Source: a virus
Taxonomy: Duplodnaviria > Caudoviricetes
Virus record (IMG/VR): IMGVR_UViG_3300032219_003129
Coordinates: 1 to 43,616 of that record
Strand: one strand, 5' to 3'
Length of the DNA stretch: 43,616 nucleotides
Every line of letters starts with the position of its first letter. The first letter of the stretch is position 1. The notes below the pieces were generated by a model. It was not told the origin of the DNA, searched no databases, and worked only from the letters and a program-made list of their open reading frames with translations. Made by a program: the position numbers and the translations under genes. Shown here piece by piece: positions 1-10,981 of the stretch.

Positions 1-1
1 A

Positions 2-745
2 AATGATAATTTACATACTTTAGTACAAGAATTATTTAATGTTAAGTACCCCGATGAACCACATTATTTTGAGTTAAAACAAGAAGTTGTACTTGATCGA
101 GGTTATTTCGCAGGTAAGCGTAGGTATGCAATGCATATTGTAAATAAAGAAGGTGTACCAACAGATGAATTAGATATGAAGGGTTTAGATTTGATGAAAT
201 CAAATTTCCCCCCACTATTTAGAAAATTTGGAGAACATATTTTGAATGAAATTATGTTTGGTACCAAAAAGGGTAGCATTGATAAACAAGTACTTGAATT
301 TAGAGAATCACTTAGAACAGTTGGTTGGGAACAAATTATGAAACCTACTGGACTAAAGAAAATCAATGAATATATAGCTTCAGGTCCTACAGCAGGTGAA
401 ATATTTTCAAAACTTGGTTTAAAATGTCCTATTAATACTAAAGCTGCTATTTACTACAATGACTTATTACGTTTTAAAAGCTTAGATAAAAAATATCCAA
501 CTTTTCAAGTAGGAGATAAAATGTATATTGGATACCTGAAAGAAAATCCGTATCGTATTGACGTAATTGGTTTTAATGGATATAATGATCCTCCTGAAAT
601 TATGGAATTTATTGAAAAATACATTGACAGAGATGGATTATTTGATTCCGTTATGAAGAACAAATTAGAAGGAATATACAGCGATTTAGGTTGGGGTATG
701 CCTGTTTTTAATAAAAAAGTTAATAAATTTTTTACATTCGATTAA
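2..745 (+). CDS. Family B DNA polymerase, C-terminal part (5'-truncated by window)
   Basis: Frame is open from base 2 (NDNLHTLVQELF...FELKQEVV...GYFAGKRRYAMHIV). KRRYA and 'MKGLDLMKSNFP' match PolB palm/thumb motifs; ends in an aromatic clamp-binding-like tail VNKFFTFD. Confidence 0.9.
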   Translation, partial: NDNLHTLVQELFNVKYPDEPHYFELKQEVVLDRGYFAGKRRYAMHIVNKEGVPTDELDMKGLDLMKSNFPPLFRKFGEHILNEIMFGTKKGSIDKQVLEFRESLRTVGWEQIMKPTGLKKINEYIASGPTAGEIFSKLGLKCPINTKAAIYYNDLLRFKSLDKKYPTFQVGDKMYIGYLKENPYRIDVIGFNGYNDPPEIMEFIEKYIDRDGLFDSVMKNKLEGIYSDLGWGMPVFNKKVNKFFTFD

Positions 746-746
746 A

Positions 747-1487
747 ATGATAAATAAACTAGACCTAACAAGTGTTATTTCAAAATATTACCTAAACGGT
801 ATGATTGAAGCAGTTAAATGGGACATTAAAGATGAAAATTTAACTATCAAATTTAATGCACCAACAAAAGAAATGATTGGATGTGTTGAATTTAAAGGTA
901 TGCCACTTGAAGATTCAACAATTGCTATTAGTAATACAACTCAATTGAATAAGTTAATTGCTATTACAAATGGTTATTTGGAATTAAAATACCAAAAACA
1001 AAATAAATACATTACTAAACTCATTATTGCGGATAATCAATTTACTCTCAATTATGCTTTAGCTGATACTATGATTATCCCTAAAGCAGGAGAAATAACA
1101 AATGAAATGTCTTGGAATATTGAAGCTCCTCTTGATAATGAAAGTATTAATGCTATTGTTAGAGCTAAATCAGCATTAGCTGAGAGTGAAACCGTAGTAA
1201 TTAAACCATATGAAAATGCAGATGGTGAATTTCAAATTGAAATGCAATTCGGAGGTAACGTAGAACATGCTAATAAAGTTTCATTTTACATCCCAGGCGC
1301 TGAAAGTAATGATTTGCCTGATAAGTTTAAAGAACATTACAATTCAAATATGATTAAAGAAATCATGTATTGTAATAAAGATATGGCTCATGGTACTATT
1401 CATATTAATTTAGATGGTATTATGAAATTGGAATTTGAAAATGATGAAGTAAAAAGTACATATTATTTAGTATCTAAAGAAATTTAG
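747..1487 (+). CDS. DNA polymerase sliding clamp (gp45/PCNA-like)
   Basis: 246 aa, beta-rich, directly after PolB and upstream of the clamp loader; C-terminal 'GIMKLEF...STYYLV' is typical of PCNA/gp45 folds. Confidence 0.7.
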   Translation: MINKLDLTSVISKYYLNGMIEAVKWDIKDENLTIKFNAPTKEMIGCVEFKGMPLEDSTIAISNTTQLNKLIAITNGYLELKYQKQNKYITKLIIADNQFTLNYALADTMIIPKAGEITNEMSWNIEAPLDNESINAIVRAKSALAESETVVIKPYENADGEFQIEMQFGGNVEHANKVSFYIPGAESNDLPDKFKEHYNSNMIKEIMYCNKDMAHGTIHINLDGIMKLEFENDEVKSTYYLVSKEI

Positions 1488-1488
1488 T

Positions 1489-1496
1489 ATATGTAT
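1489..1496 (+). promoter_or_regulatory. Candidate class II (late-type) promoter core ATATGTAT upstream of hsp20
   Basis: Intergenic variant of the ATATTTAT seen at 7539, 27461 and 28777; no upstream TTG at the class I spacing. Confidence 0.35.
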
Positions 1497-1499
1497 AAT

Positions 1500-2002
1500 A
1501 AAACGACCCAAGGGCGCTTAATTAATCGTTTAACCCGCTGATCTTAGGACAGCACAAAATGTAAATCAAATGAGTACAAATTTTAATGAATTCGACATTC
1601 TATTTCACAATTTCTTCCACCCCACAAGTGGATTCCTTTCAGCCGCAACGGCAAAACAACCCCACCCCTTAAACATTTTCTACACTGATGATGAACTTCA
1701 CTTTGAAGTTGCATGTACAGGTCTTACAAAAGAAGATGTAAAAATAAATATCGAAGAAGATATTTTAAAAATCAGTTATAAAAAACCAGAAGAAGATGAT
1801 ACATTACATCCTGGTACAATTCATAGAGGTCTATCAAGACGTTCATTCGATTTAGGATATAAAATTTCCGCAAAGTATGATTTAGGTAATGCAGAAGCAA
1901 AACTTGAAAATGGTTTGTTAGAAATTATTATTCCTATTTCCGAAAAATCTAAACCAAAAGTTTTAAAAATTAAATAAAAACCTATCGCCCTTAGGTTGTT
2001 TT
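1500..2002. repeat. 17-nt imperfect inverted repeat bracketing hsp20 (arms 1500-1516 and 1986-2002)
   Basis: AAAACGACCCAAGGGCG pairs with CGCCCTTAGGTTGTTTT: 15 Watson-Crick pairs, one G-U and one C/A mismatch; GC-rich in an AT-rich background. Confidence 0.8.
1570..1977 (+). CDS. Small heat-shock protein (Hsp20/IbpA family)
   Basis: Alpha-crystallin motifs 'PLNIF', 'HRGLSRRSF' and 'AKLENGLLEIIIP', plus a C-terminal 'PKVLKIK' IXI-type motif. Confidence 0.93.
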   Translation: MSTNFNEFDILFHNFFHPTSGFLSAATAKQPHPLNIFYTDDELHFEVACTGLTKEDVKINIEEDILKISYKKPEEDDTLHPGTIHRGLSRRSFDLGYKISAKYDLGNAEAKLENGLLEIIIPISEKSKPKVLKIK

Positions 2003-2005
2003 TTT
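1979..2005 (+). terminator. Weak intrinsic terminator candidate after hsp20
   Basis: AACCTA-tcgccct-TAGGTT stem followed by G and T7; overlaps the right arm of the long-range inverted repeat. Confidence 0.35.
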
Positions 2006-2026
2006 AAATATTAATTAGTATATTAT
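1996..2026 (+). promoter_or_regulatory. Class I promoter variant upstream of groES
   Basis: TTGT-N16-TAGTATATTAT, same spacing as the TTGG-N16-TCRTAYATTYA family. Confidence 0.5.
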
Positions 2027-2053
2027 CAACAGTTATAAATTAAAAATCAAAAA

Positions 2054-3965
<1,912 letters not shown>

Positions 3966-3975
3966 ATTTTAAAAG

Positions 3976-4173
3976 ATGAGAGACGCAGTAGATCTTATAG
4001 GAAAACCAATTATAGTTAAAGAGAAAAAATACATTATTAGTACAATTAATTTTCTCCCAACACCAGCCCAACCAGATAGTTATATTTGGTTTGGATTAGC
4101 AGTAAATGGATCAGTTTTGAATTATCCCTATGAAGATCTACTGCCGTATCTTAAAGAACAAATTAAGTTATGA
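3976..4173 (+). CDS. Hypothetical protein
   Basis: 65-aa ORF, ATGA-coupled to the next gene. Confidence 0.6.
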   Translation: MRDAVDLIGKPIIVKEKKYIISTINFLPTPAQPDSYIWFGLAVNGSVLNYPYEDLLPYLKEQIKL

Positions 4174-4427
4174 AAGTAGAAACACAAGAATTTCTTGAAG
4201 TTATGGCAAATCGAGTTCCTCCAGGTGATCGATGGACATTAGTAGAGGATAAAACAATCTACAATTCAATCACTGAAACCCTAGAGGCATGGTTCCAAAA
4301 AACAGGTGAAAAAGCAGAATTTAGACTTGCCCCTTTACAAGGAAAGTTGTATGTTATACGCACAGAAGAAGTAGAAATTCAACCTGAACCACCTAAACGT
4401 TTTGATATATATGGCGATTATGAATAG
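4170..4427 (+). CDS. Hypothetical protein
   Basis: 85-aa ORF in the operon, AAGTTATG start context. Confidence 0.7.
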   Translation: MKVETQEFLEVMANRVPPGDRWTLVEDKTIYNSITETLEAWFQKTGEKAEFRLAPLQGKLYVIRTEEVEIQPEPPKRFDIYGDYE

Positions 4428-5334
4428 AAAACAACATACACTTTGGGTTGAAAAATACCGCTCACAAAATCTAGATTCATATGTTGGTAATGAAACTATT
4501 AAGAAATCCATCCAACAATATCTAGGTCAAAACGACATCCAAAATTTTATTTTCTACGGCCCAGCTGGAACAGGTAAAACTACTCTTGCTAAACTTATTG
4601 TTAATAATTTAGATTGTGATTACCTTTATATCAATGCCTCCGATGAACGTGGAATTGAAACTATTAGAGATAAAGTTCAAGGTTTTGCATCAGTAGCTTC
4701 TTTTAAATCAATTAAAGTTGTTATTTTGGATGAAGCAGATTTTCTTACAATCCAAGCACAAGCATCCCTCCGAAACATAATTGAAACATTTTCCCGTACT
4801 ACACGTTTTATTTTAACTTGTAACTATGTTGAACGTATCATCGATCCTCTTCAATCTCGTTGTCAAGTACTTAAAATTGTACCTCCTTCAAAACAAGAAA
4901 TTGCATATCATATTGTAGATATTCTTAAGGAGGAAGAAGTAGGAATGGGATTAGATGATTTAAAAACTGTTATCAATCAATTTTATCCTGACATTCGTAA
5001 AATGCTCAACACATTACAAATGAGTGTTGATGGAGATGAAATTAAATTAGATAAATCAGTAATTGTATCTTCTAATTACATGAATCAAGTAGTTAAAGAA
5101 TTATCTCAACCCAAACCAAGTTTTAACGGAATACGCCAAATCATAGCAAATGCTAATGTTCAAGACTTTGAAGAACTTTATCGTTTTTTATATGATAATG
5201 CCCCCAAATATGCTACAGGTAATGAAGGAATGGTTGCGATTTACATAAATGAATATAGTTATCAAGCTAATTTTAGATTAGATAAAGAAATTAATTGTAT
5301 GGCTTTAATTGCCCGATTAATGGAATTAAAATGA
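4420..5334 (+). CDS. Clamp loader AAA+ subunit (RFC small/gp44-like)
   Basis: 'LWVEKYR', Walker A GPAGTGKT, 'INASDERG', Walker B ILDEAD and SRC motif. ATG 4420 preferred over TTG 4402. Confidence 0.95.
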   Translation: MNRKQHTLWVEKYRSQNLDSYVGNETIKKSIQQYLGQNDIQNFIFYGPAGTGKTTLAKLIVNNLDCDYLYINASDERGIETIRDKVQGFASVASFKSIKVVILDEADFLTIQAQASLRNIIETFSRTTRFILTCNYVERIIDPLQSRCQVLKIVPPSKQEIAYHIVDILKEEEVGMGLDDLKTVINQFYPDIRKMLNTLQMSVDGDEIKLDKSVIVSSNYMNQVVKELSQPKPSFNGIRQIIANANVQDFEELYRFLYDNAPKYATGNEGMVAIYINEYSYQANFRLDKEINCMALIARLMELK

Positions 5335-5534
5335 AATATTTCCTAAAGTATACATTATCTTGGGTATCTAGCAATCTTTCAATACCGTTTTGGACTATTG
5401 GTCATATCCACTTAATGACATCTATATACGCTGATATACATGAGGTATTAATGTCATTAGGAATGAATATAATTGTAGCTGCTGGATTTATCCATGATTT
5501 TATAGAATATAAAAACGAAAAAAAAAACAAATGA
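5331..5534 (+). CDS. Small membrane protein
   Basis: ATG 5331 overlaps the upstream stop; two hydrophobic segments. Confidence 0.55.
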   Translation: MKYFLKYTLSWVSSNLSIPFWTIGHIHLMTSIYADIHEVLMSLGMNIIVAAGFIHDFIEYKNEKKNK

Positions 5535-5767
5535 GTAATCAACAAATGGGTCTTAACATAGACATTAAAAACACAAAATCTATCGTTTCCGAAGATGGAA
5601 ACCAAGTATTTGCTGAAGGAGTAATCCTACGCCGAGTATCAAAATTCATTTCAGGTACATCTGAAGATGGAGTTATTCCAATCCCTTGTTTCTATGATGT
5701 GAAAACTGGAAGAATTTTAGTAGATTTATTACCAAAAGATTTACAAGAAGAATTTAAAAACCAGTAA
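5531..5767 (+). CDS. Hypothetical protein
   Basis: 78 aa, coupled on both sides. Confidence 0.7.
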   Translation: MSNQQMGLNIDIKNTKSIVSEDGNQVFAEGVILRRVSKFISGTSEDGVIPIPCFYDVKTGRILVDLLPKDLQEEFKNQ

Positions 5768-6219
5768 TGGCTAGACCTAAAACTAATAAAACATCTTTTA
5801 CCATATTTGATTGGTTAAACCAAATCACTTATGAGAAAAAACTTTGGTCTGAATTTACAGAAGATCAACAAGAATCATTTAATTCTTACATGATCCATAG
5901 GTTTCTAAGTATGTATCAGGGATATATTGATATCACAAATGTTGTGCAAAAATTCCCTATGAATGATAAAGAAACAATTTATAATACATACAGATCAATG
6001 ATTCCTAAAAAAAAGATGTTTTTGAAGTACATCAAGTCTACCCAAAAAAGAACACCCGATTCTTTATTAATTCATATTGCTGACCATTTCCAATGTTCAT
6101 TAGGAGAAGCAGAAGAATATACCTACATTCTTCGAAAAACAGGAATTGAACAAATATTATTTGAAAGAGGGATCGGGGATAAAGAAAGTGAAAAGTTATT
6201 AAAAGAATTAGTTTTGTAA
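5767..6219 (+). CDS. Clamp loader small subunit (gp62-like)
   Basis: 'FDWLNQITYEKK', 'FNSYMIHRFLSM' and 'PKKKMFLKY' pattern; lies just downstream of the gp44-like gene. Confidence 0.7.
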   Translation: MARPKTNKTSFTIFDWLNQITYEKKLWSEFTEDQQESFNSYMIHRFLSMYQGYIDITNVVQKFPMNDKETIYNTYRSMIPKKKMFLKYIKSTQKRTPDSLLIHIADHFQCSLGEAEEYTYILRKTGIEQILFERGIGDKESEKLLKELVL

Positions 6220-6222
6220 TTT

Positions 6223-6573
6223 ATGCATAGTAAAGAAAAAGCAGTAAAAGATTTTGAAAAAACATATCCAACATTAGCTGAAGCTTGGAAACAAGCTCAA
6301 CAAGAGCAATATGAATTGTTTGCTCAAAAAATGATGGATTATGGTTTAGGTAATATTTCTTTAGGTACCAATTTAGAGGAATCAGAAGATATTAAATTGT
6401 CCTTAACCGGGATTTGGTTGCGTTGTAATGATAAAGTAAACCGTTTAAAAAATTTATTAAAACGGGATGGTGCTAATTATGTTAATGGTGAAACTATGAT
6501 GGATAGTTTTTTAGACATTTCTAATTACGGCATTATCGCGTCTTTAGTAATGAAAGATAAATGGAAAAAATAA
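6223..6573 (+). CDS. DUF1599 / nucleotide-modification-associated domain 1 (helical NTP-pyrophosphatase-like)
   Basis: 'LFAQKMMDYG..NI', 'LRCNDKVNRLKNL' and 'DSFLDISNYGII' signature. Confidence 0.7.
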   Translation: MHSKEKAVKDFEKTYPTLAEAWKQAQQEQYELFAQKMMDYGLGNISLGTNLEESEDIKLSLTGIWLRCNDKVNRLKNLLKRDGANYVNGETMMDSFLDISNYGIIASLVMKDKWKK

Positions 6574-6576
6574 GTT

Positions 6577-7527
6577 TTGGCTAAAAAGAAAATACCCTCT
6601 ATAGTAAAAGAAGTTAGACTATACCCTCAAAGAGAAACCAACTATGCAGTTGAAAAAACAATCTCTTTTAGTCAGTTATCTATGTATTCTTCTTGTCCTC
6701 GTAAATGGGCACTTCAATATAAAGAAGGACATTACACGAGTGAATCATCTATCCATATGACTTTTGGTACAGCACTACATGAAGCTATTCAACATTACCT
6801 TACAGTTATGTATGAAGAAAGTGGTGCTGCTGCTGATAGAATTGATATAGAATCATATTTTGAGGAACGTCTTCGAGAAACTTATTTGAAAGATTACAAA
6901 TCAAATAAAAATATCCATTTCAGCAACTCAGAAGAAATAGCTGAATTTTACGAAGATGGGATGGAAATACTAAAGTATTTAAAGAAGAAAAAAAATCGAT
7001 ATTTTAGTAAAAAAGGTTGGTATTTAATAGGATGTGAAGTTCCAATTACTATTCATCCACATTATGAGTATAAAAATCTTATATATAAGGGATATCTAGA
7101 TGTTGTTTTTTATAATGAAACTACAAATAAGATTAAAATTTTAGATATTAAAACATCTACTAGAGGTTGGGATGAAAAAACTAAAAAAGATGAGGTAAAA
7201 CAAACTCAACTTGTTTTATATAAAAAATATTTTTCCAAACAATATAACTTCCCAGAAGAAAATATTGATGTTGAATTCTTTATAGTTAAACGAAAAGTTA
7301 GAGAAAATTCTGATTTCCCTATTTCCCGAATTCAAGCTTATACTCCACCTAGTGGAAAAATTAAATTGAATAAAGCATCTCAATTAGTAGAAAATTTTAT
7401 AACTAGTGTGTTTAATCCCGATAACTCCTATAAGGAAAAAACTTTTGAACCTAATCCTAGTAAATGGAATTGCAACTATTGCCCCTTTAATAACAATAAA
7501 GAACTTTGCAATAAGGGCATACTTTAG
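6577..7527 (+). CDS. PD-(D/E)XK exonuclease (RecB/Cas4/AddB-like, probable 4Fe-4S)
   Basis: 'SFSQL...CPRKW', 'FGTALH', 'GYLDVV', 'ILDIKTS', 'QLVLY' and C-terminal CxxC-x8-C; TTG start. Confidence 0.88.
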   Translation: MAKKKIPSIVKEVRLYPQRETNYAVEKTISFSQLSMYSSCPRKWALQYKEGHYTSESSIHMTFGTALHEAIQHYLTVMYEESGAAADRIDIESYFEERLRETYLKDYKSNKNIHFSNSEEIAEFYEDGMEILKYLKKKKNRYFSKKGWYLIGCEVPITIHPHYEYKNLIYKGYLDVVFYNETTNKIKILDIKTSTRGWDEKTKKDEVKQTQLVLYKKYFSKQYNFPEENIDVEFFIVKRKVRENSDFPISRIQAYTPPSGKIKLNKASQLVENFITSVFNPDNSYKEKTFEPNPSKWNCNYCPFNNNKELCNKGIL

Positions 7528-7538
7528 TATCTTTTTAT

Positions 7539-7546
7539 ATATTTAT
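7539..7546 (+). promoter_or_regulatory. Candidate class II promoter core ATATTTAT heading the glycan island
   Basis: Intergenic ATATTTAT 25 nt upstream of the RHH-like gene. Confidence 0.4.
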
Positions 7547-7571
7547 ATATGATATTAAAATAATAAAAGCT

Positions 7572-7763
7572 ATGAGTAAAAAAGATATGACCCTAACTTC
7601 TGTAAAAGTACAAAGTGAATTATTTGAAAATTTTAAAATTTCTTGTGTAAAATATAAATTTTCTCTACAAAAACTTGCCGATCGAGCAATTCATTTGTAT
7701 CTTACCGATGATGATTTTCGTAAAAAAATCCATAACCACAACAGTCTAGAAATAGAAAAATAA
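7572..7763 (+). CDS. Small ribbon-helix-helix-like DNA-binding protein
   Basis: Alternating strand 'LTSVKV' followed by two helices 'SELFENFKISC' and 'SLQKLADRAIHLYL'. Confidence 0.55.
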   Translation: MSKKDMTLTSVKVQSELFENFKISCVKYKFSLQKLADRAIHLYLTDDDFRKKIHNHNSLEIEK

Positions 7764-7780
7764 ACTAAATTTAAAGTTAC

Positions 7781-9220
7781 ATGAACACTAGTTTTGATTA
7801 TATCCCTCGGGATCAAAGAAAAAAAATCCTACTAATTTGTGATGATATTCGAGTACATTCTGGAATAGCTACTGTAGGTAGAGAAATTGTTCTTCATACA
7901 GCACATCATTTTAATTGGATAAATGTAGGAGGGGCAGTTAAACATCCTGAAGAAGGAAAACGTTTAGATTTATCACCTTCTACTAATGATATAGCTAAAA
8001 TCGAAGATTCCTCAGTTACACTTTATCCAGTTTCAGGATACGGAAATGCAGATTTGATTAGATATTTAATCGATTCCGAAAAACCAGATGCAATTATGTT
8101 AATTACCGATCCACGTTATTTTGATTGGTTGTTTATGATTGAGAATGAAATCAGAAAACATATTCCTATTGCATATTTAAATATTTGGGATGATTACCCA
8201 GCTCCCCATTATAATAAAGCATTTTATGAAGCTTGTGATTTATTGATGGGAATTTCAAAACAAACAGTAAATATTAATAAGTTAGTTTTAAAAGAAAAAG
8301 CCCAAAATAAAATTATTAAATATGTTCCTCATGGGTTAAACACAGATGTTTTTAAACCTTTAGATAAAAATAATCATGAATTATTAGAATTCAAGAAAAA
8401 ATTATTTCAAGGAAAAGAATATGAATTTGTTTTATTATTTAATTCTAGAAATATTAGACGTAAACAAATTCCTGATACCATGTTGGCTTATAGACATTTT
8501 ATAGACCAATTACCTATTGAACAAGCTAAAAAATGTTGTTTAGTTCTTCATACTGAAATAGTCAATGAACATGGTACTGATTTAAATGCAGTCCAGGAAT
8601 TATTACTTAATGGAGATCAATATAATGTTGTTTTCTCTTCAGGTGGTATGATTACAACGGAACAAATGAATTTCCTTTATAATAGTTGCGATGCACAAAT
8701 TCTTTTAACTTCAAATGAAGGATGGGGATTAAGTTTAACAGAAGCTATTTTGTGTGGAAAACCAATTATTGCTAATGTAACAGGTGGTATGCAAGATCAA
8801 ATGCGTTTTGAATTTGAAGATGGAACATGGATTGATTTTGATGCCGATTTTCCTTCCAATAACCGAGGTACAATTCGCAAACATGGTGAATGGGCCTTCC
8901 CAGTTTATCCAACCTCACGTTCTTTAGTAGGTTCTCCTCCAACACCTTATATTTGGGATGATAGATGTGAACCCGAAGATGCGGCTAAACAAATCTTAGA
9001 ACTATATAACTTAGGAGACGAAGAACGTAGACGTTTAGGTAATATAGGAAGAGAATGGGCCACAGGAAATGAAGCTGGATTTACATCAAAACACCAAGCT
9101 CAAAGAATAATAGAAGCATTTAATGAATTATTTAAAACTTGGAAACCAAGAGAAAAATATGAATTAATTAATGTTAATGAAGTAGAAGATAGAATTATAA
9201 ATCATAAATTGTTATATTAA
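7781..9220 (+). CDS. Glycosyltransferase, GT-B/GT4 family
   Basis: 'SGIATV', 'VPHGLN', 'RNIRRKQ' and the EX7E motif 'EGWGLSLTE'. Confidence 0.9.
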   Translation: MNTSFDYIPRDQRKKILLICDDIRVHSGIATVGREIVLHTAHHFNWINVGGAVKHPEEGKRLDLSPSTNDIAKIEDSSVTLYPVSGYGNADLIRYLIDSEKPDAIMLITDPRYFDWLFMIENEIRKHIPIAYLNIWDDYPAPHYNKAFYEACDLLMGISKQTVNINKLVLKEKAQNKIIKYVPHGLNTDVFKPLDKNNHELLEFKKKLFQGKEYEFVLLFNSRNIRRKQIPDTMLAYRHFIDQLPIEQAKKCCLVLHTEIVNEHGTDLNAVQELLLNGDQYNVVFSSGGMITTEQMNFLYNSCDAQILLTSNEGWGLSLTEAILCGKPIIANVTGGMQDQMRFEFEDGTWIDFDADFPSNNRGTIRKHGEWAFPVYPTSRSLVGSPPTPYIWDDRCEPEDAAKQILELYNLGDEERRRLGNIGREWATGNEAGFTSKHQAQRIIEAFNELFKTWKPREKYELINVNEVEDRIINHKLLY

Positions 9221-9221
9221 A

Positions 9222-10520
9222 ATGAAACCACTATTTGTAATCAGTTGTCCTTATGATACCTACAGCGGCTATGGTGCCCGTTCAAGAGATTTGATTAAAG
9301 CCCTTATAAAAACTGATAAATACGATATAAGATTAATGTCCCAAAGATGGGGAAATACACCTTTTGGATTTTGTAAAGATAATCCTGAATGGGAATCCCT
9401 TTACCAATTAAATCTTCTTAATAATCAACTCCCAAAACAACCAGATATTTGGGCTCAAATTACAGTTCCAAATGAATTCCAGCCAGCAGGAAGATACAAC
9501 ATTGGATTTACAGCAGGAATTGAAACCACAGTCTGTCCAGGTGAATTTATTGAAGGTTGTAACAGAATGGATTTAAATATTGTCTCCTCAGAACATGCTA
9601 AAAAAGTATTAGTTGAAACTAAATTTGAAAAAAGAAATAAAGAAACTAATAATTTAGAAGAATTTATTGAACTAAAAAAACCAGTAGAAGTTCTTTTTGA
9701 AGGTGCAAACACTGATATTTATAAAGTTATTGATCCATCTAAAGTAAAAAATATTAATTTAAATGATATTAAAGAAGAGTTTGCTTATTTGTTTGTGGGA
9801 CATTGGATGCAAGGAGAATTAGGTGAAGATAGGAAAAATGTTGGTTTACTTGTAAAAGCATTTTATGAAACCTTTAAAAATAAAACCAAAAAACCAGCAT
9901 TAATCTTAAAAGCCTCTCAAGTAGGAGCATCATATGTTGATAGAGAAGAAATTCTTCGAAAAATTAAAATGATTAGAAAAACTGTAAATTCTAAAAATTT
10001 ACCTAATATTTATTTACTTCATGGAGAATTTTCTGATGAAGAAATAAATGAACTTTATAATCATCCAAAAGTTAAGGCAATGGTTAACTTAACTAAAGGG
10101 GAAGGTTTTGGTCGCCCGCTACTCGAATTTAGCCTTATTAAAAAACCAATTATTACCTCAGCTTGGTCAGGTCATATGGATTTTTTAGATCCTGAATTCA
10201 ATTGTTTAGTAGGAGGTACATTAAATAATGTACACCCAAGTGCCGCTAATCAATTTTTATTAGCTGATTCTCAATGGTTTGCTCCTGATTTAGGTCATAT
10301 AGGTTTTTTCTTAAGAGATGTTTATGAAAATCATAAGAAATATACTGAAAATGCTAAACGTCAATCCTATAAAAGTAAAACAGAATTTAATTGGGAAAAA
10401 ATGGCTGAGTTATTTGATATTTATTTAACTAAATATATTCCTGAATTCCCTAAAGAAGTAAAATTAAAATTACCTTCACTTAAAAAAATTGAATTACCTA
10501 AATTAAAACCCGTAGAATAA
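9222..10520 (+). CDS. Glycosyltransferase, GT-B/GT4 family
   Basis: 'SGYGARSR', 'DRKNV', EX7E 'EGFGRPLLE' and 'WSGHMDFL'. Confidence 0.9.
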   Translation: MKPLFVISCPYDTYSGYGARSRDLIKALIKTDKYDIRLMSQRWGNTPFGFCKDNPEWESLYQLNLLNNQLPKQPDIWAQITVPNEFQPAGRYNIGFTAGIETTVCPGEFIEGCNRMDLNIVSSEHAKKVLVETKFEKRNKETNNLEEFIELKKPVEVLFEGANTDIYKVIDPSKVKNINLNDIKEEFAYLFVGHWMQGELGEDRKNVGLLVKAFYETFKNKTKKPALILKASQVGASYVDREEILRKIKMIRKTVNSKNLPNIYLLHGEFSDEEINELYNHPKVKAMVNLTKGEGFGRPLLEFSLIKKPIITSAWSGHMDFLDPEFNCLVGGTLNNVHPSAANQFLLADSQWFAPDLGHIGFFLRDVYENHKKYTENAKRQSYKSKTEFNWEKMAELFDIYLTKYIPEFPKEVKLKLPSLKKIELPKLKPVE

Positions 10521-10975
10521 TGGATAATTTAACTACTTGTTCCAAATGTGGATCAGATGCATGCTATATTGATGTAGTAAATCAAGATATAACAACTCAA
10601 TTTTGTTACGGATGTGGTTATCAAACTAATTCTTTAATGAAAGAAGATGAACCGTTTTATATAGAACAATTAGAAGTTCTTCCTGAACTTTATAAAGATT
10701 TACTTTATAAAGAGGAAAATGGATTAGTATGGTTACCATCAATGGTAAACGTTCATGAAAAAGGAATGGTATTTGCTAACGGTCCCTCTAAAGAACAATG
10801 GGGTTGGGCAGCTGTAAAAGCAGTACCTGTTTTAGAGGAAGAAAAGGAAAAATATCCAATTCCTAATCGAAAAGGTGAATTTTATGAATGGAGAATGGAT
10901 ATGACTACGTTAAGAATGTTTCCTGAGCGTGAATACATGGATGCTCTTTCGTATATTGAAGTATTACCTGAATAA
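10520..10975 (+). CDS. Hypothetical protein with N-terminal zinc ribbon
   Basis: CSKCG...CYGCG motifs. Confidence 0.7.
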   Translation: MDNLTTCSKCGSDACYIDVVNQDITTQFCYGCGYQTNSLMKEDEPFYIEQLEVLPELYKDLLYKEENGLVWLPSMVNVHEKGMVFANGPSKEQWGWAAVKAVPVLEEEKEKYPIPNRKGEFYEWRMDMTTLRMFPEREYMDALSYIEVLPE

Positions 10976-10981
10976 AATCCT

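Noticed and set aside
1488-2053. CIRCE/HrcA operator upstream of the chaperone genes
   Set aside because: No TTAGCACTC-N9-GAGTGCTAA in either intergenic region.
6577-7527. Cas4 as part of a CRISPR-Cas system
   Set aside because: No other cas genes or array in the window; solo Cas4/RecB-like nucleases are common in phage replication modules.
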